Below, piece by piece: positions 55,091 through 62,871 of a stretch of DNA of 64,000 bases. The stretch's first letter is position 1; the number at the start of each line of letters is the position of its first letter. The DNA comes from Gammaproteobacteria bacterium (GTDB taxonomy: Bacteria > Pseudomonadota > Gammaproteobacteria > Ga0077536). Under the pieces are notes generated by a model, which saw only the letters and a list, made by a program, of their open reading frames with translations, was not told the DNA's origin and did not search any database. Both the position numbers and the translations under genes were made by a program. The stretch spans positions 832,001-896,000 of the forward strand of contig CAXXLL010000003.1 of assembly GCA_963662545.2 (NCBI GenBank), read 5' to 3'.

Positions 55091-55205
55091 GGCTACGCAA
55101 CATTAATAACAGGGGCACCGCGTGGCGATATGAAGATACCCTACTTCGCTTTGGTGATCGCACAAAAAGAATCGACAGTGGAGTAATTAAATCAACTGCA
55201 CCGAT

Positions 55206-55335
55206 GACCGCTATGGCCGAGAGCCGACCTGCTCGGCTAACGTTCTAGTGAAAGCAACTCCATGACCGCTTACGAGCGCATTGCAGACGTAATCTAGAAC
55301 GGTGATGCACTGCCGCGAGGCGGCCGCTAACGACC
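55206..55335 (+). repeat. Cassette boundary element R1; third site completed at 57020-57033 after IS1182
   Basis: Sites start at 55206, 55264, 55322: GACCGCT..AGCCGAC, GACCGCT..TGCAGAC, GGCCGCT..AGCGGTC. Confidence 0.85.
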
Positions 55336-57019
55336 CAGAGTGTGTGAAAACTCGGAATGAAGAGGAATCACGTCGAGAACTCCTCGTCAGACGCAACGCG
55401 GCGCGGTTCGACGGCCGCGCTCGCGGTCCAATGCGATCGGTTAGTTAATGGAACATTCCTTAGAACGGCCCCAGAAGCCGGCAGTGAAGCCGTGGATCAG
55501 GGAGTTTTCGAGGCCACAGAGGGTCTCATGCCGTCATCGCTTCGATGAGCGTAGCGACACCCAGTAGATTCATCACGCGTTTCATGTTGTAAGCGAGCAC
55601 GTGCAGACTCATTTCCGTACCAACGTGTTTCAGCGTGCGCATCTGGAAGTGGGTCGAACCCATCCAGGATTTGATCGTGCCAAACGGATGCTCGACCGTC
55701 TCTCGGCGGACACGCATAGGGTCAGGTTCACGATCCAATCGCGCCTGCACCGCTTCAACAACCGCTTCATGTTCCCAACGGCTGACGCGCCGGTATCGAC
55801 CCGTTGTGCATTTAGATTTGATCGGGCAGCGGGGACACGCCGAACTCCAGTAGCGCTGGATTTGCTTGCCTTTCTCCACTCGGGTAAACCGGTAAATCAG
55901 TCGCTCACCGGCCGGGCATTCATACGCATCCTCTTCGGGTTGGTAAATGAAGTCGCGCTTGCCAAACAAGCCCTTCGCCTGGTTACCCGAGGTCTGCGGT
56001 TTCGGCAGATAGGTCGTGATGCCGGCTTTAGCGCACGCCAAGATCTCTTCGCCACTGAAGTACCCGCGATCCGCAACGACGGTCAACTCCTTCTTATCCA
56101 GCGCCTCTTTGGCTTTCTCCGACATGTTCGACAGTTGCGCCCGGTCATGACCTACGTTCGTCACTTCATGTGCCACAATCAGATGACTCTTCGTGTCGAC
56201 CGCCGTCTGCACGTTGTACCCCACCATGCCGCTGCCACGGCCGCTCGTCGCCATCGAGCGCGCGTCCGGGTCCGTCAGTGAGACCTGATGGTCCGGCGTC
56301 TCCTCGAGCCGTACCTCGAGCTTTTTTAGGCGGCCTATCTCTTCCTTCAGTACCTCGATCTTGTCCTTCAAACGCTGCGACTTGTCACCTGACACCGCAC
56401 GCTCCTGGCGGTCGGCACTTGCAATTTCCGCCAGGTACCGCTCAACGCTCTCGTCAATCTGCTGCAACCGACGTTTCAGCTTCGCCTTCGTGAAGTTCCG
56501 GTCACGGTTGTTTACCGCTTTGAACTTGCTGCCATCTATCGCCACGAAGGCTTCCGAAAACAGCTGCAGCTTACGGCACAGCATCACGAACTCCCGGCAT
56601 ACCAGACGAATGGCGTCACCGTTATCTTTGCGGAAATCGGCAATGGTCTTGAAATCAGGCGCCAGACGACCCGTCAGCCACATCAGTTCCACGTTCCGCT
56701 GCGCCTCCCGTTCCAGGCGACGGCTCGATTGAACCCGGTTCAGGTAACCGTAGATATAGAGCTTCAGCATCGTCGCCGGGTGATACCCCGGTCGACCCGT
56801 CTCATGCGCATCGGTTCTGAAACTCAGACCTGACAGATCCAACTCATCGACGAACACATCGATGACCCGCACCGCACTCTCCTCAGCGACATAATCGTCC
56901 AGACACTCGGGAAACAGCGTTGTTTGGCGGCGGTCCGCGCCTTCAATGAACCCGCTCATCAACGACTCCCCAGGACCGAAAGAGTGATCTTATCTGATGC
57001 AGAGTTTTCACACACTCTG
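55336..57019 (-). mobile_element. Complete IS1182-family element (1684 bp)
   Basis: Perfect 18-bp TIR CAGAGTGTGTGAAAACTC; GACC TSD at 55332-55335 and 57020-57023. Confidence 0.93.
55526..56959 (-). CDS. IS1182-family transposase
   Basis: GRPGYHP, SSRRLE, IDGSK, TDPDAR, ADRGY, VEHPFGTIK. Confidence 0.94.
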   Translation of the reverse strand: MSGFIEGADRRQTTLFPECLDDYVAEESAVRVIDVFVDELDLSGLSFRTDAHETGRPGYHPATMLKLYIYGYLNRVQSSRRLEREAQRNVELMWLTGRLAPDFKTIADFRKDNGDAIRLVCREFVMLCRKLQLFSEAFVAIDGSKFKAVNNRDRNFTKAKLKRRLQQIDESVERYLAEIASADRQERAVSGDKSQRLKDKIEVLKEEIGRLKKLEVRLEETPDHQVSLTDPDARSMATSGRGSGMVGYNVQTAVDTKSHLIVAHEVTNVGHDRAQLSNMSEKAKEALDKKELTVVADRGYFSGEEILACAKAGITTYLPKPQTSGNQAKGLFGKRDFIYQPEEDAYECPAGERLIYRFTRVEKGKQIQRYWSSACPRCPIKSKCTTGRYRRVSRWEHEAVVEAVQARLDREPDPMRVRRETVEHPFGTIKSWMGSTHFQMRTLKHVGTEMSLHVLAYNMKRVMNLLGVATLIEAMTA

Positions 57020-57248
57020 GACCCATAGCGGTCTTGTTGCACTTCGATGTTTAATCTCCTCACTAGCTCCTCGGTCCGCGAACCCGTCGTCAAAGGTGAC
57101 CGATTGCGATGATGATGGACGTTATACTTTCGATACGCCGACCGTCTGGCTGGCGCCGGACGATGCGGACAGGACGCTCGGGATCATCGATGCCGCTGTG
57201 CCACCTATTTCAGAAAACGCCTAGCAACCAATTTCAGGGGCACCGACG

Positions 57249-57896
57249 ATGCATTCGAACGTTTTTTGTCTCCAATCGATTCTCTGGGCAGTAATACTAC
57301 TGGTCTCGTTGCTCGCCGCCCCGGATCACTCCGCGGTGGCGGAATCGATCATCGAGCCAGAGCCCGATCCGTGGTTCACGTGCCGATTCGAGATCTTCCC
57401 CGACTCGCTGCCGGCCGGCGTGGAGGTCTCCGTGTCCAAAGGCCATGCGAACTGCGACGGTTTCGTTTTCAGTAACTCGTCCGCCACGCCGTTCATCGTC
57501 GCGTGACGCTCGCGGTCGTACACGACGTCGAACGTCGAATTGCCCGGCAATCTCTTCACATCGTGGATGGTAAAGGACGGCAAGCAGTTCGAGCCCGCCC
57601 CGCGAGCGATGGACGATTCACGCGTCCCGCGCCCCGAGGTCGTCGTTTCGGCATTCGGCACCCGGTGGATAGAAGCGGCCTACGTCTCCGCCTACGGGCG
57701 TCATTACGTCGGCAAAATGTCCGACGGCTTCGAGTTCGTCGACGTTCGCGAGGACGATCGGCCTGTGGACGTCGCCATCCCCGAGCCGACCGCATTCGCG
57801 TTCACCGCGTTTTACGGGGCGACCCCGGTGACCATCAGGGGGCGCGCCGTCTACGCACTGAATCCGGATTACGATCCGAACGCCGGCAAGGAGTGA
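57249..57896 (+). pseudogene. Secreted hypothetical protein with an in-frame TGA at 57504-57506
   Basis: ORFs 57249-57506 and 57540-57896 are in the same frame; signal-peptide-like N-terminus. Confidence 0.6.
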
Positions 57897-57901
57897 ACCA
57901 T

Positions 57902-58025
57902 GGGGAAACGACACTTGAAATTGGATCTAATTGGAACGCCGATCCCTTTTCAGAGTGCTTAACTACTATGCTGGTGGGGAACTTTTTACTTCCGTCGTCG
58001 TATTTTTGAGTTTTCACACAGCCTC
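57902..58025. mobile_element. Truncated, diverged IS1182-type MITE (right part only)
   Basis: Aligns with 58146-58305; ends GAGTTTTCACACAGCCTC, abutting the GGCC core of boundary R2. Confidence 0.75.
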
Positions 58026-58145
58026 GGCCGTGAGCCGTCGCTGTTCACCGTCACGCCGCTGAACGCTATTGGACGACCGCTTAGAGCGCATTGCAGACGT
58101 AATCCTTGGCAGTGTTGTGCTGCCGCGACAAGGCGGCTAACGACC
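58026..58145 (+). repeat. Cassette boundary element R2; completed at 58306-58319
   Basis: GGCCGTGAGCCGTC; GACCGCTTAGAGCGCATTGCAGAC at 58075; GGCGGCTAACGACC at 58132. Confidence 0.85.
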
Positions 58146-58305
58146 CAGACTGTGTGAAAACTATTTTCATTTTTCAAAAGTGGGGGAACTACCCTCGAAA
58201 TTGGATCTAATTGAAATGCCGATCCCTATTCGAGGGGCATAACAACTATGCTGGTGGGGAATATTTTTATTTCGTCGTCGTATTTTTGAGTTTTCACACA
58301 CTCTG
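58146..58305. mobile_element. IS1182-type MITE (160 bp)
   Basis: CAGACTGTGTGAAAACT...AGTTTTCACACACTCTG with GACC TSD; appears identical to 59756-59915. Confidence 0.9.
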
Positions 58306-58396
58306 GACCCATAGGCGACATTGGGCAGGCTGTAATGGTTGCCCTATAGTTGCGCGTATATGCTGCTCCCATCAATTCACCATAAAGGGGAGCATC

Positions 58397-58861
58397 ATGG
58401 AAGCATTCAATTGGGAAGCTGTAATTGCGATTTCAGAATCATTAGGTTTAGTGGTTGTCATCGGCTCGCTAATCTATGTTGGTTTTCAAGTTCGTCAAAA
58501 CACGGCGATGATGAGGGTAAACGCCTCTCAAGCATGGACGGATTTCAACTTTCAATTATCAGGCCCAATTGCGGTGGATCGCGAGGTTGCGGAATGCTGG
58601 ACCCGTGGCGGTTCGAACTTTGACGATCTGGATGAAGTCGATCGAAATCGGATGGTTTTTTTTGAATGGCGCGCTATCGAGGCATGGCACCATATGTACG
58701 AGACGCACGAACAAGGGATGCTACCCACGTCCCAATGGCATAAGCTCATTTGGATATTGGAAAACCTTGGGGAACGAGAATCAATACGAGCATCTTGGAA
58801 GCAATTCCGGGGCGCTTACGACGAAAACTTCCAAGACTTTGTGACCAGTCATTTTGGATAG
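58397..58861 (+). CDS. Hypothetical membrane-anchored protein, paralog 1 (154 aa)
   Basis: GGGGAG RBS; MEAFNWEAVIAISESLGLVVVIGSLIYVGFQVRQN. Confidence 0.85.
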   Translation: MEAFNWEAVIAISESLGLVVVIGSLIYVGFQVRQNTAMMRVNASQAWTDFNFQLSGPIAVDREVAECWTRGGSNFDDLDEVDRNRMVFFEWRAIEAWHHMYETHEQGMLPTSQWHKLIWILENLGERESIRASWKQFRGAYDENFQDFVTSHFG

Positions 58862-58920
58862 TGTGGCGACGTATATCGGTGCCCCTTGACGGCGGGTTCT
58901 TTTTTGGCTGCTTGTCAATA

Positions 58921-59050
58921 TTCGGAGTTGGCCGAGAGCCACCCCTAAACATGGTTGCGTCGCCGAACGCTACGGGACGGCCGCTTACGAGCGCATTGCA
59001 GACGTAATCCACCGCTGTGCTGAGGGGGCCGCTGACGACCTTTTCTAGCA
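58921..59050 (+). repeat. Cassette boundary element R3 (10-bp deletion in second linker, degenerate third site)
   Basis: TGGCCGAGAGCC; GGCCGCTTACGAGCGCATTGCAGAC at 58979; GGCCGCTGACGACC at 59027. Confidence 0.82.
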
Positions 59051-59055
59051 ATTAT

Positions 59056-59562
59056 TCACCATGTGCCGAGGGTCCATTTCCCTGTTTCCTGATCCATTAC
59101 CACAACGGGTATCGGTTCAAGTTCTCTCATTTCATTAATGAACTCCGGTACGAAATATTGCGCCGCAGCTTGCCACCATTCGACGAAACCAGGAAGACCA
59201 ATGGCCACCGCCAAGAACTGGCGCTCTGCAAGCCAAACGCTTTCTTCTACGAGCCCACTTTTGCGTTGTAAATACACGTCTTGAAAATGTGATACGTAAT
59301 TCAACATCGAAGAGGTGAAACGTTGAGCATCATTTTCATCCATCGAATCGCCACGAATACCGGCGATAAAAATGGCTGTAACCTCTTTGCTTTCAACCAG
59401 CTTGTTAGAAAAATCCGAGCGTCTCGTGACAAGATCGTGGTAACTCTGTTGCCGAGAGGATTTGCTGCTCTGGCGAATTTGTACCGCAAGATACGCAAGA
59501 GTTAAAACAACCGCGGCCGCGCCTACGAGTTCACCAATGGCGCCCAATGCATCCCAGTTCAT
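59056..59562 (-). CDS. Hypothetical membrane-anchored protein, paralog 2 (168 aa)
   Basis: MNWDALGAIGELVGAAAVVLTLAYLAVQIRQS...SGLVEESVW..PGFVEWW. Confidence 0.88.
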   Translation of the reverse strand: MNWDALGAIGELVGAAAVVLTLAYLAVQIRQSSKSSRQQSYHDLVTRRSDFSNKLVESKEVTAIFIAGIRGDSMDENDAQRFTSSMLNYVSHFQDVYLQRKSGLVEESVWLAERQFLAVAIGLPGFVEWWQAAAQYFVPEFINEMRELEPIPVVVMDQETGKWTLGTW

Positions 59563-59624
59563 AGTCTTCGCCCCCTGCTTTATGAGCCTACCGGGAGGAT
59601 AACCGCCTCGAGGGGCTTCGGCAT

Positions 59625-59755
59625 ATCTACTTCCGACCGAGAGAGGAACTCAGCGTTCGTAGCCGATATAAATTTGGCTCGACGACCGCTTACGAGCGCA
59701 TTGCAGACGTAACCTAGAGCGGTGCTGCACTGCGGCGAGGGGGCCGCTGCCGACC
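59625..59755 (+). repeat. Cassette boundary element R4; completed at 59916-59929
   Basis: GACCGAGAG at 59635; GACCGCTTACGAGCGCATTGCAGAC at 59684; GGCCGCTGCCGACC at 59742. Confidence 0.85.
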
Positions 59756-59915
59756 CAGACTGTGTGAAAACTATTTTCATTTTTCAAAAGTGGGGGAACT
59801 ACCCTCGAAATTGGATCTAATTGAAATGCCGATCCCTATTCGAGGGGCATAACAACTATGCTGGTGGGGAATATTTTTATTTCGTCGTCGTATTTTTGAG
59901 TTTTCACACACTCTG
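59756..59915. mobile_element. IS1182-type MITE (160 bp), second full copy
   Basis: Same sequence as 58146-58305, GACC TSD. Confidence 0.9.
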
Positions 59916-59999
59916 GACCCGTTGCAGACATTATCGAAATTAGCCGGTTCGTGAATCCACCTATATTCTTCCCGTTCAGTCCACATCGGGGAGAAAACC

Positions 60000-60524
60000 A
60001 TGGAGGCAATGAATTGGGACGCCCTCGGCGCTATCGCCGAAACGATTGGAGTACTCGCTGTCATCGCGACACTGGGGTACCTCTCAATACAAATTCGCCA
60101 GAGCAATCGCCAAGAAGCGGTGCAAGCGGTTAAGGAAGCAGTCAATGAATTTGTTAATGCCTTTGCTGCCGCAACGTCTGACGAATCCAAGGCTGAGAAT
60201 TTTCGAGCTGGATTAAACCAATTTGACGCGTTGACACGCAACGAAAAAGCCGTTTTCCATTCGAAAATGCAGCTATTGTCAAGTGGCTATTACCAGGTAT
60301 GGACTATGTATAAGAGCGGAATGTTGGCGGACGAAGATCTGTTCGTGAAAAGTGAAAACTTACTTTTATCGTTTTTGCTGTCACCGGGAGGGCGTCAATG
60401 GTGGGAGGCTTACAAACATCTCCCGCCCGAATCTTTTAAGGACCATATGGACAGCCGAATGAAGGAGGAACACCTGAATATAACGCCAGCTAACGAGGAT
60501 TTGGACTGGTGTAAAAATGATTAA
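60000..60524 (+). CDS. Hypothetical membrane-anchored protein, paralog 3 (174 aa)
   Basis: GGGGAG RBS; MEAMNWDALGAIAETIGVLAVIATLGYLSIQIRQS...SGML..PGGRQWW. Confidence 0.88.
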   Translation: MEAMNWDALGAIAETIGVLAVIATLGYLSIQIRQSNRQEAVQAVKEAVNEFVNAFAAATSDESKAENFRAGLNQFDALTRNEKAVFHSKMQLLSSGYYQVWTMYKSGMLADEDLFVKSENLLLSFLLSPGGRQWWEAYKHLPPESFKDHMDSRMKEEHLNITPANEDLDWCKND

Positions 60525-60572
60525 CGTAGCTGGTATCTGGTGTTTACTGATGCGCTCGTGGGCTCGTGATCT

Positions 60573-60713
60573 ATCCGTTCGTGGCCGCGGGCCGAAGTCC
60601 TCTCTTAATACCAATCTGGAGGCTGCGGGACGACCGCTTACGAGCGCAGTGCTGCCGTAATCTAGAGCAGTGCTGCGCTGCCGCGATAAGGCGGCTGACG
60701 ACCCACTTCGGTC
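60573..60713 (+). repeat. Cassette boundary element R5 (no insertion)
   Basis: TGGCCGCGGGCCGA; GACCGCTTACGAGCGCAGTGCTGCC at 60632; GGCGGCTGACGACCCACTTCGGTC at 60690. Confidence 0.85.
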
Positions 60714-61197
60714 ATCCGCCCGATCTTCACCAAAGAGCCACAACGAGGCCGGATACACGACCGCAAACTATTCCAACCGTCTACAGCGCTTCTTCGTCTC
60801 TACTTGCGGGAGGAGTCCATACACGCCTGGTTAGGTGGCCGTTTCGCTTCTCTCAAAATCCAAAGTTTCATAGGTTTTTGTACTCGCCAACGCCAACGGT
60901 TTCGACATAACTCCGAAACTCCTCGGAGAAGTTATGGCGTCGAAGCTTCCCAACCTTTTGATTGACGGATAGGTACCGTCGGAAATTCCGCTGAAGCGAG
61001 CGATACCACGCCGAAACGCCGATTGACGGCCGTTGGGTGACTCGCAGATACTCGATGGGTTTGCGAGAGATAGCGTTTTGTGTTTCCCATACTCGCACAG
61101 AGATGTCACGTAACCAGGGTCGGCGGTCGTTCGATTCAGCAATTGATGCGAGGGCCGTGTCGAACACCTTAGGGAACACTATATTGGGGGAGAAGTA

Positions 61198-62871
61198 ATG
61201 ACAAAAATCTGCGCTGTATCAACCGCTTTGCTTACCGGGATGCTTTTAATCGGCTGTGATAACCCGGTAACCGTAAGTGAAACACAGACCATTCAAACAG
61301 ATCCAGCAACATCACCGGCATTGAACAATGCGGACGTTGGCGTTGCTTACTACGGAATGCAACAGGACCTACAACGATTCTCGTCCCTGACTCAGGTTAA
61401 CGATCAGAACGTAAATAGATTGACTCCGGCGTGGGTTCTTTCACTCGGCGATATTCGGGGACAGCAAACCCAACCTATTGTGATTGACGGGATCATGTAT
61501 GTCACAACGCATAACGCCACCTTTGCGATTGATGCGATAACAGGCCGACAGTTATGGAGGACCACGATCGAATATCCCCCCGACACCGTAACCTGTTGCG
61601 GCATCACCAATCGAGGCGCCACCTGGCACGCTGGGATTTTATATCGAGCCACACTTGATAATCGCATCCAGGCCATCAACCCTGAGAACGGCCAATTAAT
61701 TTGGGAAACGCTTGCCGCAGATATAAAAGAAGGTTATTCGATGACGAGCGCGCCACTGGTGGCCAATGACGTTTTGATCACCGGGATTGCTGGAGGGGAG
61801 TTTGGAGTTCGCGGCTTTCTCGATGGCCGGGCTTTGGCAACAGGCGAACATTTATGGCGATTCCATACCCTCCCCGAACCCGGGCAGCCTGGCGGCGATA
61901 CCTGGAACGGGGATGACTGGCGCAGAGGTGGCGGGCCGACCTGGCTGATTGGATCATACGATAGTGAACTGGATATGGTGTATTGGGGCATCGGTAATGC
62001 GGCGCCCTGGAATTCACAAATGCGCCCCGGAGATAATTTATATACCAATAGCATTGTCGCGATCAGGCCAAAAACCGGTGAATTAGTCTGGCATTTTCAA
62101 TTCACACCCAATGACCCGTTTGATTATGATGGCGTCAACGATCCGATACTCGCCGATATAAACATTCACGGTTTAGATCGCAAGGTCTTGATCCAGGCAA
62201 ATCGCAATGGCTACTTCTATGTGATCGACAGAACCAACGGTGAATTTCTCAAGGCGAATCAATTCGTCGATAAGGTGACGTGGGCGAAGGGCATCGATAT
62301 AGAAACAGGTCGGCCGATACGACCCGAAGCTGTGTCAAAAATGCTGGAAACCAATGAAACGATAGAGATCTGGCCGTCTGCTTTCGGTGGGAAAAACCTG
62401 GCTCCCATGTCTTATAGCCCACTAACAGGATTGGCCTATGCCAATACCTTCAACATAGGCTGGAACTACACGCCCATAGAACAGGAATATAAACCCGGCG
62501 TGTTCTACACCGGCATAAAATTTGAATGGCTTTTACAGAATGAATTTAGAGGCTATTTGAAAGCAATCGAACCGCTCACCGGCAAAACGGTTTGGCAGTT
62601 TCCATCAGAAGTTCCCATGAATGGCGGGACGCTGGTTACTGCAGGCAATTTGGTTTTTTCAGGGGCACAAACTGGAGAACTCTATGCCTTCAATGCCAAA
62701 ACAGGAAACAAACTTTGGGAATACAGAACCGGTTCCGGTATCGTCGCGCCGCCAGTTACCTATCAACTGAATAGCAAACAATATGTCGCCGTTGCCAGTG
62801 GCCTCGGCGGTGTCTATCGTATTTTTGTTGATGATGCGAAATTAGGGTCTACGCGGAAACGTGTGGGTTGA
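61198..62871 (+). CDS. PQQ-dependent alcohol dehydrogenase family lipoprotein; C-terminus probably clipped by ISL3
   Basis: LLIGC lipobox, CCGITNRG, GGEFG, GNAAPW, TPNDPFDYDG, Trp-docking repeats. Confidence 0.88.
   Translation: MTKICAVSTALLTGMLLIGCDNPVTVSETQTIQTDPATSPALNNADVGVAYYGMQQDLQRFSSLTQVNDQNVNRLTPAWVLSLGDIRGQQTQPIVIDGIMYVTTHNATFAIDAITGRQLWRTTIEYPPDTVTCCGITNRGATWHAGILYRATLDNRIQAINPENGQLIWETLAADIKEGYSMTSAPLVANDVLITGIAGGEFGVRGFLDGRALATGEHLWRFHTLPEPGQPGGDTWNGDDWRRGGGPTWLIGSYDSELDMVYWGIGNAAPWNSQMRPGDNLYTNSIVAIRPKTGELVWHFQFTPNDPFDYDGVNDPILADINIHGLDRKVLIQANRNGYFYVIDRTNGEFLKANQFVDKVTWAKGIDIETGRPIRPEAVSKMLETNETIEIWPSAFGGKNLAPMSYSPLTGLAYANTFNIGWNYTPIEQEYKPGVFYTGIKFEWLLQNEFRGYLKAIEPLTGKTVWQFPSEVPMNGGTLVTAGNLVFSGAQTGELYAFNAKTGNKLWEYRTGSGIVAPPVTYQLNSKQYVAVASGLGGVYRIFVDDAKLGSTRKRVG

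Noticed and set aside
57504-57540. Selenocysteine codon with SECIS
   Set aside because: Only a short GTCG-TACA-CGAC hairpin follows, and there is no redox-motif context; a nonsense mutation is simpler.
58211-58396. N-terminal extension of paralog 1 given by the ORF track
   Set aside because: It starts inside the MITE; the RBS and paralog alignment point to ATG 58397.
55206-60713. Canonical integron/CALIN or true CRISPR
   Set aside because: No consistent RYYYAAC..GTTRRRY attC boxes, the integrase is P4-type rather than IntI, genes face both ways, the three sites per element differ from one another, and there are no cas genes.
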